Assembly: GCF_036917195.1 (NCBI RefSeq) | Contig: NZ_JBALDG010000013.1 | Span: forward strand, 95,885 to 127,884 | Direction: 5' to 3' | DNA from: Nostoc sp. | GTDB taxonomy: Bacteria; Cyanobacteriota; Cyanobacteriia; Cyanobacteriales; Nostocaceae | Length of the DNA stretch: 32,000 nt | Shown: positions 25,108 through 32,000 of the stretch, piece by piece | Position numbering within the stretch: the first letter of the stretch is position 1 | Layout: every line of letters starts with the position of its first letter | Notes under the pieces: model-generated | What the model was told of the DNA's origin: nothing | Databases searched by the model: none | What the model saw: the letters and a program-made list of their open reading frames with translations, nothing else | Position numbers and translations under genes: made by a program

Positions 25108-26010
25108 TTAACTGTTAACTTTTTTAAATTGTTCCCCTACATAGGAAAGCGAATCTTTAAGATGTTTGTGGAAGTAGTTCCAGCCTACATCAGCGCCAGA
25201 CAAACCATGACCTCCTGGAAACGCATAAAATACGTGAGCAATGCCTAATTTGTTTAAGGTTTCGTTGAAGGCTTTGGTAGAAGCCAGTAAATTAGTATCG
25301 TTCAGACCCGCATCCAGGTAAACACGCAATCGCTTGCGATCTTCAGGTGATAGCTGTTGCACGATTTGTTGGGGACTATTTTGTGAACCGCTATTATCAG
25401 TAAAGTAACCGCTATGACTAAACAGAATATGGAAGTTGTTCAAATAGCGTAACCCAATATTAAAAGCCCCCCATCCCCCAGAAGAAAGACCTCCCAACGC
25501 CCAAAACTGGGGTTCTTCTAAAGTGCGGTAGCGCGACTTGACAACTTGTACTAATTCTAAACCAATCAAAGTCCCTATTTTACCATTCGGCCCATCAAAG
25601 TAATCAGGATCATACAAAGGACTAGAACCGCGATTATCATTACCATCAGGTGTAATCACAATCGATGGTGGTAATTTTCCATTTTGATAAAGCTTATGCA
25701 GTATGTCTAAAATTGCATATTTATCAGCGTAAGCACGGGCATCATCATGACCACCGTGTAGTAGGAATATCACGGGGTAGCGCTTTTGCTGATTTTTGTT
25801 ATAACCAGGGGGCAAAATCACGCCGTAGTTACGGACTGCACTCATCGCTTGGGAGTTGAAGGTTGCTAATTGAAACTTTAGCCCAGTATTTGCTTGTTTT
25901 TGGGGCGGGTCTAGTTGCGGCGCACCTAAGATAAATACATAATAATAACCACTAATAGTAAGGATAGCGATCGCTCCTGCCAAACTAATTAAAAATTTAG
26001 AAATTTTCAT
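25108..26010 (-). CDS. secreted/membrane-anchored alpha/beta-hydrolase, 'putative esterase' (esterase D / Fes / Ag85-like) family, paralogue A
   Basis: N-terminal anchor helix, YPVIFLLHGGHDD, LPPSIVITPDGNDNRGSSPLYDPDYFDGPNGK, nucleophile elbow GGLSSGGWGA and ILFSHSGYF. It is collinear with paralogue B. Confidence 0.85.
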   Translation of the reverse strand: MKISKFLISLAGAIAILTISGYYYVFILGAPQLDPPQKQANTGLKFQLATFNSQAMSAVRNYGVILPPGYNKNQQKRYPVIFLLHGGHDDARAYADKYAILDILHKLYQNGKLPPSIVITPDGNDNRGSSPLYDPDYFDGPNGKIGTLIGLELVQVVKSRYRTLEEPQFWALGGLSSGGWGAFNIGLRYLNNFHILFSHSGYFTDNSGSQNSPQQIVQQLSPEDRKRLRVYLDAGLNDTNLLASTKAFNETLNKLGIAHVFYAFPGGHGLSGADVGWNYFHKHLKDSLSYVGEQFKKVNS

Positions 26011-26131
26011 CTTTTTTTAGTTGGTAAAAAAAGTTATCTCTAATCAAACTCACTTCTAGTTAATCTGCTACAATTTTCCAGCAGAGTTTTCAATATTTAC
26101 ATTTTGATATGAATGTTTTGATAAAATTGGA

Positions 26132-27103
26132 TTATTTTTGAGTATTGTTAGCAGAGAAATCTAATTTTTCAGATTTATGTGCTATATCAGACAATCTAAA
26201 TTGTTCGCCCACAAATGTCAAAGAATCGGCTAAATGTTTGCGCCAGTATTTCCAGGTATGACTGCCAGGGAACTCACGAAATAGATTATAAATTTTTAGT
26301 TCGTTTAGAACTTTAGCAAATTTTTCGGCTTGGTCGATTTCTTCAATATCTGATTTACCTGAATCTAAATATATCCGCAACCTTTTTTTAGCTTGTGGAG
26401 GAATGGTTTTAATATAAGCTATTGGACTATTGATTGGGCCGCTTTTATCCTGAAAATAACCACTATGACTAAATAAGATCGAGAAATGATCCGGGTTATG
26501 TAATCCCACATTGATTGCTCCCCAACCACCAGAAGATAGACCACCTATTGCCCAAAAATCTGGATTGGTTAGTGTCCGATAACGGCTTTGCACAACTTTT
26601 ACTAACTCATCCCCCACGGCTGTAGAGACTTTACCGTTAGGGCCATCAATATATTCAGGGTCCCGGTAGGGACTAGAGCCACGTTTGTCGTTGCCATCTG
26701 GTGTGATGATGATGCTGGGTGGCAACTTCCCTGTAGTATAAAGTTGTTCCACAGTCTTGAGAGCTTGTCCCTTGTTTTGAATAAACCAATCAGTGGGGTT
26801 ACCATGTCCACCGTGGAGGAGAAAGATTACAGGATAGCTTTGTTTTGGGTTTTGCCCATAGCCAGGGGGTAAAGAAACGCCGTAGGTACGACTTGCGCCC
26901 ATTACTTGACTATCGTAAGTTTCAATTTTGTAACTTAGGGGAGTAGCTACGTCGCTAGCATTAGGTTGGGTTGGTGGGACAGAAGGCATTGTTTGTAAAT
27001 CTTGCTGTTGAGGTATTTTTGCTGCTACAGTTTGACGGTAATTACAGCCAACTAGAGTTAATACTGAAACTAGCAAGAGAATTTTAGATTGTTTGTAGTT
27101 CAT
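26132..27103 (-). CDS. lipoprotein alpha/beta-hydrolase of the same esterase family, paralogue B
   Basis: Lipobox LTLVG-C at the N-terminus, then YPVIFLLHGGHGN, LPPSIIITPDGNDKRGSSPYRDPEYIDGPNGK, GGLSSGGWGA and ILFSHSGYF. Confidence 0.85.
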   Translation of the reverse strand: MNYKQSKILLLVSVLTLVGCNYRQTVAAKIPQQQDLQTMPSVPPTQPNASDVATPLSYKIETYDSQVMGASRTYGVSLPPGYGQNPKQSYPVIFLLHGGHGNPTDWFIQNKGQALKTVEQLYTTGKLPPSIIITPDGNDKRGSSPYRDPEYIDGPNGKVSTAVGDELVKVVQSRYRTLTNPDFWAIGGLSSGGWGAINVGLHNPDHFSILFSHSGYFQDKSGPINSPIAYIKTIPPQAKKRLRIYLDSGKSDIEEIDQAEKFAKVLNELKIYNLFREFPGSHTWKYWRKHLADSLTFVGEQFRLSDIAHKSEKLDFSANNTQK

Positions 27104-27246
27104 CTTTGAAGGGTGTGGGGCATTTGGCAGTTGATGCTGGCAATCAAAAGCTTATGCAAATGATATGTCAATGCTGTGTCAACCTAATGGAAACTTTACG
27201 ACTGCTAATAAGTTAAAAGTAAAGAGTTAGGATAAGTTTTTTCACG

Positions 27247-28200
27247 ATGCTTAAAAAGTTGCAACACAATTTCAGTTCTTTGTTTGGCTTGTTGCTGCTG
27301 GTGCTTTCCCTGTGGGCGATCGCTCACGAATTACGTGAGTATAATTATCGTGATATCTTCAACTCTCTAGCTACTATTCCCAAAAGTCGCTTAAGCTGGG
27401 CAATTTGGCTGACAGCCTTGGGCTATCTAGTGATGATTGGGTACGATATCTTAGGTTTTAGCTACATTAATCGTTCCCTAAGTTGGAACAAGATTGCTTT
27501 AACCAACTTTATTAGCTCTGCGTTTAGTAATACGATCGGTTTTGCTTTGCTGACTGGCAGTGCTATTCGTTATCGATTTTATGCTAGTTGGGGAGTGTCA
27601 GCAGTAGCGATCGCTCAAGTAATTGCTTTTGCCAATTTTACTTTTTGGTTGGGGATGTTTGCTGTTGCAGGTTTCTTGTTCCTTGTCAACCCCCTGAAAA
27701 TTCCCACTCAACTACATTTACCTTTTACCACTGTGCGTCCCATCGGCGTGATTTTTCTGCTATTGGTAGCTATCTATTTGCTAGGAAGTATTCTTATTCA
27801 ACAACCGTTAATAATTCGTGGACAAGAATTTCGATTTCCTTCTTTTAAAATATCCCTTGCACAGATAGCAATTTCAAGCTTTGACTGGATTTTGGCAGCG
27901 GCAGTTCTTTATGCTGTGCTTCCTGCTAATATATCTTTGTCCTATCTGGATTTTTTGGGAATCTACTTACTAGCGATGTTTGCAGGTGTTGTTAGTAATG
28001 TCCCTGGTGGTTTGGGAGTGTTTGAAACTATAATTTTGCTGATTCTCTCCTCAAAAGTTTCTGGTGCAGCAATTTTGGGTTCATTGCTGGCTTATCGGGG
28101 AGTCTACTATTTCTTACCTTTGCTAGTAGCAGCGGGTTTGCTAGGACTTTATGAAATTAGATTGAGATCCGCTAATTTCAAAAATATCAATAAACTGTAA
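27247..28200 (+). CDS. lysyl-PG synthase TM-region family protein (UPF0104 / MprF flippase-type domain)
   Basis: 317 aa with about 8 TM helices. It has an MprF N-terminal-type start (…LWAIAHELREYNYRDIFNSL…) and the family motif SNVPGGLGVFE near the C-terminus. Confidence 0.85.
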   Translation: MLKKLQHNFSSLFGLLLLVLSLWAIAHELREYNYRDIFNSLATIPKSRLSWAIWLTALGYLVMIGYDILGFSYINRSLSWNKIALTNFISSAFSNTIGFALLTGSAIRYRFYASWGVSAVAIAQVIAFANFTFWLGMFAVAGFLFLVNPLKIPTQLHLPFTTVRPIGVIFLLLVAIYLLGSILIQQPLIIRGQEFRFPSFKISLAQIAISSFDWILAAAVLYAVLPANISLSYLDFLGIYLLAMFAGVVSNVPGGLGVFETIILLILSSKVSGAAILGSLLAYRGVYYFLPLLVAAGLLGLYEIRLRSANFKNINKL

Positions 28201-28230
28201 AGTCCCGTTTCAGTATGAACACGAACAACA

Positions 28231-28263
28231 AGATCCCCGACTTCTCGAATCAGTCGGGGATCT
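28231..28263 (+). terminator. GATCCCCGAC...GTCGGGGATC hairpin (repeat copy 2), possible terminator of 27247..28200
   Basis: Perfect 11-bp stem, agatccccgac (28231..28241) with gtcggggatct (28253..28263), 30 nt after the stop codon. No clear U-tract follows, so terminator function is uncertain. Confidence 0.45.
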
Positions 28264-28481
28264 AAGACTTTCAATTAAGTAAAATCGGTAACTGCTGTTA
28301 ATTTTAAATACGGAATACTTCAGCGATATCTTCACAAATAGCGGCGGAAAATCATAATTTTTGCTGACGCGATCGCTAATTTTATTCCATAAAGATAGTA
28401 ACAGTTAGTGGCAAATTTTGAATGAGATTTCCATAAATCATCATCAAGATTCGGTTTTACTGATTGAGGATAGAAAAAATT

Positions 28482-28871
28482 ATGAAAAACAGAGTATTGT
28501 TTGCTATGAAGATTAGGGAAACTTGGGTAGGAACATTGATTCCCAGTGCTTTTGCTGCTTCACCCTATTCTGTGGGACAAAAGGCTGAGGTTCTTTGGCA
28601 GGAAACATGGTATCCGGCAACGGTTCTTAATGTTAATCATGATCAGTGCTATATTACCTACGATGGTTATGATAGCTCCTGCGATGAATGGGTTGGATAT
28701 TCACGCTTTCGAGCATCATTTCAAACGGGAGATTCAGTAAGAATTTTGTGGAAGGGGATATGGTATCAAGGACAGGTTTTAGAAGTTAGTAACAATCTTT
28801 ATAAAGTTACTTATGATGGCTACGATCGCTCTTGGGATGAGTGGGTTGAACCTTTCAGGGTAAGCAGATAA
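28482..28871 (+). CDS. small secreted protein with two Tudor/Agenet-like (SH3-fold) repeats
   Basis: Signal-peptide-like N-terminus (…GTLIPSAFA-AS). Two ~50-aa repeats follow: VGQKAEVLWQETWYPATVLNVNHDQCYITYDGYDSSCDEWVGYSRFR and TGDSVRILWKGIWYQGQVLEVSNNLYKVTYDGYDRSWDEWVEPFRV. The ATG at 28482 is preferred over the TTG at 28464. Confidence 0.7.
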   Translation: MKNRVLFAMKIRETWVGTLIPSAFAASPYSVGQKAEVLWQETWYPATVLNVNHDQCYITYDGYDSSCDEWVGYSRFRASFQTGDSVRILWKGIWYQGQVLEVSNNLYKVTYDGYDRSWDEWVEPFRVSR

Positions 28872-28897
28872 GGAATATTTCACTTTTATAAGTTGGG

Positions 28898-28950
28898 AGG
28901 GACGATTTCACCTGTAGGAGTCGTCCCTTAAATTGTTTTATGATTTATTT
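28898..28950 (+). terminator. candidate rho-independent terminator after the Tudor-like gene
   Basis: agggacga (28898..28905) pairs with tcgtccct (28921..28928) around a 15-nt loop. A T-rich tail follows (taaattgttttatgatttatttt). Confidence 0.5.
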
Positions 28951-29030
28951 TGCTATTTGTTCTCCCTTACCTATTTAGAGACTGTTAGACTGAGAACCAT
29001 AAGTATAATCTCGTGTATTTTGGCAAACTT

Positions 29031-29471
29031 ATGGAGCCAGTATCACTGACAGCAGCTGCGATCGCAAACTTGGTGATCACCAAAGCTATAGGAAAAACCG
29101 TAGAGAAGATAACAGAAAGTACACTGGACAAGCTAAAACTGCTGCGTCAAAAAATTTGGGATAAGTTCAAAGGTAAGCCGAAAGCACAGGAAGCCTTAAC
29201 AAAAGCTGAACAAGGTTCTAAGCAAGATTTAGATTTAGTGGCTACCTACTTGCAAGTGGAGATGGACACCAACCCCCAATTTGGCGAAGAAGTTCAAAGC
29301 CTTGCTAAAGAAATTCACCAGGAAATTAATATTGGCAAGGTTCAAGGTAAAAATGTCCAGAATGTTTATGGAGGTCAAGGTTTTCAAAGCAATGATAGTA
29401 AAGCTCCTACGTTTCAAGGTGTAGAAAATAGCCCCATTACTATCAATTACAATAATCATCCCCCTGATTGA
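29031..29471 (+). CDS. N-terminal module of the NLR-like gene (helical, Bell/HeLo-like candidate effector), terminated by an in-frame TGA
   Basis: 146 aa from the ATG at 29031. It begins with a hydrophobic helix (MEPVSLTAAAIANLVITKAIG), continues as a K/E-rich helical region and ends in a G/N/Q-rich tail. It is in the same frame as ORF 29532..32000, and the TGA at 29469..29471 is the only stop between them. Confidence 0.7.
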   Translation: MEPVSLTAAAIANLVITKAIGKTVEKITESTLDKLKLLRQKIWDKFKGKPKAQEALTKAEQGSKQDLDLVATYLQVEMDTNPQFGEEVQSLAKEIHQEINIGKVQGKNVQNVYGGQGFQSNDSKAPTFQGVENSPITINYNNHPPD

Positions 29472-29531
29472 CTACAGTCGCCTGAATGGGAACGGGTAAA
29501 GTTAAATCCCTCTACTGAAATACCGCAAAAT

Positions 29532-32000
29532 TTGCCCCTGAGTGGAGTGGTGGAATTTGTCGGGCGTGAGGAAGAATTGCAAAACCTCCACCAACTTTTG
29601 CAGGATAATAAACAAGTTGCGATCGCAGCTATTGCTGGTATGGGTGGAGTTGGTAAAACAGAACTCGCTCTGCAATATACCATTCAGCAACGCGAAACAT
29701 ATAAGGGTGGGCTTTGCTGGTTGCTAGCAAAAACTGGGGATGTGGGCATTCAAGTTGTGCAGTTTGCCAGAACGCAGCTTGATTTAAAGCCGCCAGAAGA
29801 TTTTGATATACTCGCGCAAGTGCAATATTGCTGGCGGCGTTGGTGTGAGGGTGATGTGCTGCTAGTGCTGGATGATGTCAGCGACTACGAGGAAGTTAAG
29901 CCTTACTTACAGTCGCTATCTTCTCGGTTTAAAGTGTTGATGACTACGCGCCAGAACTTGGGACGCATCGCACAGTTATCTTTGGATGTGCTGCAACCAG
30001 AAGCGGCGCTGGAGTTGTTGAGGTCTTTACTCAAAGAAACACCAGAGCGAATTGAGCGAGAATTAGCTTTAGCAAATCAGTTGTGTGAGTGGCTGGGATA
30101 TTTACCTTTGGGTGTGGAATTAGTGGGGCGCTATCTGGCGCGGAAACAGGATTTATCCTTGACAGAAATGTTGCGGCGGTTGGAAAACAAGCGATTAGAT
30201 GAGCGTTCCCTCTCTAAATCTATGTTGGAAGCCGACATGACAGCACAACGAGGTGTGTTAGCAGCCTTTGAGTTGAGTTGGCAGGAATCAGAGGACGACG
30301 ATAAGCAACTGGGTTGTTTGTTGAGTTTATTTGCCGCCGCACCTATACCTTGGAAGTTGGTGGAACAGTGTTTGCCAGAAGAAGATGCGGAAGATTTAGA
30401 AGAAATTAGAGACGATAGCTTGCTGAATCTACATTTACTCCAGCGCAAAGGTGAGGGAGTTTACCAATTGCATCCACTGTTGCGGCAGTTTTTCCAATAT
30501 AAGTGTATAGGTTTAGAAAAGGCAGAAAAACTTAAGCGATCGCTTTGTCGGGTAGTGGTAGCAGTTGTTAAAGATATTCCTCAAACTCCCACCCTTAAAC
30601 AAATCACCGATGTCACACCTGCAATACCTCATTTAGCTGAAGTAGCAAAAAATCTCATTCAATATGTCAGTGATGATTATTTAATTTGGGCTTTCACCAG
30701 CAATGCTAGATTTTACAGTGGTCAAGGTTTATATAACCAAGCTTTACCTTGGTATGAGCAGTGTTTAAAAGTCACTAAAAAGCGCTTGGGTGAAGAACAT
30801 CCAGATGTCGCAGAAAGTCTCAACAATCTAGCGACACTCTACGACTCTCAAGGCAGATACAGCCAAGCCGAACCCCTTTACATCCAAGCTTTGGCACTCT
30901 ACCGCAAGCTGCTGGGTGAAGAACATCCAGATGTCGCACTTAGTCTCAACAACCTCGCGTATTTCTACAACTCCCAAGGCAGATACAGCGAAGCCGAACC
31001 CCTTTACATTCAAGCTTTGGCACTCTACCGCAAGCTGCTGGGTGAAGAACATCCAGATGTCGCACTTAGCCTCAACAACCTAGCGTTTCTCTACGAGTCC
31101 CAAGGCAGATACAGCCAAGCTGAACCCATTTACATGCAAGCTTTGGCACTCAGGCGCAAGCTGCTGGGTGAAGAACATCCAGATGTCGCACAAAGTCTTA
31201 ACAACCTAGCGGGACTCTACGACTCCCAAGGCAGATACAGCGAAGCCGAACCCCTTTACATCCAAGCTTTGGCACTCTACCGCAAGCTGCTGGGTGAAGA
31301 ACATCCAGATGTTGCACTTAGTCTCAACAACTTAGCGACACTCTACAACTCCCAAGGCAGATACAGCCAAGCCGAACCCCTTTTCATTCAAGCTTTGGCA
31401 CTCTACCGCAAGCTGCTGGGTGAAGAACATCCACATGTCGCACTTAGTCTCAACAACCTAGCGGTACTCTACGACTCCCAAGGCAGATATAGCGAAGCCG
31501 AACTCCTTTACATCCAAGCTTTGGCACTCAGGCACAAGCTGCTGGGTGAAGAACATCCAGATGTCGCACTTAGTCTCAACAACCTAGCGTTTCTCTACTA
31601 CTCTCAAGGCAGATACAGCCAAGCCGAACCCCTTTACATCCAAGCTTTGGCACTCTACCGCAAGCTGCTGGGTGAAGAACATCCATCTGTCGCCAGAAGC
31701 CTCAACAACCTAGCGGGACTCTACAACTTTCAAGGCAGATACAGCGAAGCCGAACCCATTCATATCCAAGCTTTGGCACTCAGGCGCAAGCTGCTGGGTG
31801 AAGAACATCCAGATGTCGCAGCTAGTCTCAACAATCTGGCAAAACTGTACTATTTACAAGGACGTTATACCGAAGCTGAACCATTGTATCTGCAAGCTTT
31901 GGAGATTTGTAAGCAACGACTAGGGGTGAATCATCCCTGGACTGTTAAGTGCCGTGAAAATCTAGCAAATCTTCGCGATCACCTTTCCTTAGAGCAGTAA
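29532..32000 (+). CDS. NB-ARC (AP-ATPase/STAND) plus TPR NLR-like protein; the frame is open from 29472
   Basis: FVGREEEL lead-in, Walker A GMGGVGKTELA, Walker B LLVLDDV, MTTRQ, GYLPLGVELVG (GLPL-like) and LHPLLRQF (MHD-like). Ten 42-aa TPR_10/12-type units follow (LGEEHPDVAxSLNNLAxLYxSQGRYSxAEPLYIQALALYRKL). There is no ATG before the P-loop. The stop is at 31998..32000. Confidence 0.92.
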   Translation: MPLSGVVEFVGREEELQNLHQLLQDNKQVAIAAIAGMGGVGKTELALQYTIQQRETYKGGLCWLLAKTGDVGIQVVQFARTQLDLKPPEDFDILAQVQYCWRRWCEGDVLLVLDDVSDYEEVKPYLQSLSSRFKVLMTTRQNLGRIAQLSLDVLQPEAALELLRSLLKETPERIERELALANQLCEWLGYLPLGVELVGRYLARKQDLSLTEMLRRLENKRLDERSLSKSMLEADMTAQRGVLAAFELSWQESEDDDKQLGCLLSLFAAAPIPWKLVEQCLPEEDAEDLEEIRDDSLLNLHLLQRKGEGVYQLHPLLRQFFQYKCIGLEKAEKLKRSLCRVVVAVVKDIPQTPTLKQITDVTPAIPHLAEVAKNLIQYVSDDYLIWAFTSNARFYSGQGLYNQALPWYEQCLKVTKKRLGEEHPDVAESLNNLATLYDSQGRYSQAEPLYIQALALYRKLLGEEHPDVALSLNNLAYFYNSQGRYSEAEPLYIQALALYRKLLGEEHPDVALSLNNLAFLYESQGRYSQAEPIYMQALALRRKLLGEEHPDVAQSLNNLAGLYDSQGRYSEAEPLYIQALALYRKLLGEEHPDVALSLNNLATLYNSQGRYSQAEPLFIQALALYRKLLGEEHPHVALSLNNLAVLYDSQGRYSEAELLYIQALALRHKLLGEEHPDVALSLNNLAFLYYSQGRYSQAEPLYIQALALYRKLLGEEHPSVARSLNNLAGLYNFQGRYSEAEPIHIQALALRRKLLGEEHPDVAASLNNLAKLYYLQGRYTEAEPLYLQALEICKQRLGVNHPWTVKCRENLANLRDHLSLEQ
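30786..31985 (+). repeat. tandem 126-bp repeats (9 near-identical units plus 1 degenerate unit) encoding the TPR array
   Basis: ctgggtgaagaacatcc recurs at 126-nt intervals from 30912 to 31794; unit 1 at 30786 reads ttgggtgaagaacatcc. A degenerate tenth unit starts at 31920. Stretches of more than 40 nt are identical between units. Confidence 0.95.

Noticed and set aside
29340-29531. A two-gene amyloid-signalling (BASS-type) arrangement, in which the G/N/Q-rich tail of the small ORF would be mirrored at the N-terminus of the NLR.
   Set aside because: The sequence after the TGA (LQSPEWERVKLNPSTEIPQNLPLSG...) shows no copy of the tail motif, and the NB-ARC ORF lacks its own ATG. An interrupted single gene fits better. 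A profile search for BASS motifs would still be needed to settle this.
30131-31052. Antisense ORFs inside the NLR gene (30131..30448 and 30828..31052).
   Set aside because: They lie opposite a strongly supported coding region. The second is kept open by the 126-bp repeats.

Overview
This looks like a chromosomal segment of a filamentous (Nostocales-type) cyanobacterium. The HIP1 octamer GCGATCGC occurs about 30 times by eye (about 1 per kb), and several Nostoc-style small hairpin repeats are present.

From left to right the window contains:
- a DEDDy 3'-5' exonuclease gene, 5'-partial at the window edge and frameshifted at an A7 run;
- a TPR lipoprotein gene;
- an AT-rich gap with an IS1-like zinc-finger remnant;
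- a double-glycine-leader peptide precursor whose core is three 13-aa tandem repeats, followed by an AurF-like diiron oxygenase gene;
- the DUF485(yjcH)-actP permease operon;
- about 14 kb made of four head-to-tail copies (minus strand) of an iron-uptake cassette: AraC regulator, then AMIN-domain TonB-dependent receptor, then PepSY membrane protein. One copy is intact and one lacks PepSY. One is shattered and carries an inserted Uma2 nuclease gene. One is reduced to PepSY plus receptor scraps and abuts a histidine-kinase fragment. An 8-unit 21-bp tandem array sits between two of the cassettes;
- an AT-rich orphan 468-aa gene flanked by repeat debris;
- a split MprF system, with the synthase half and the flippase-type half on opposite strands bracketing two paralogous secreted esterases;
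- a small secreted protein with two Tudor/Agenet-like repeats;
- an NLR-like STAND gene: a helical N-terminal module, an in-frame TGA, an NB-ARC domain, and ten 42-aa TPR units encoded by near-identical DNA repeats.

The strongest candidates for something new are the interrupted NLR-like gene and the repeat-core GG-leader peptide with its diiron neighbour. All family assignments come from motif recognition by eye; no database search or computation was run.
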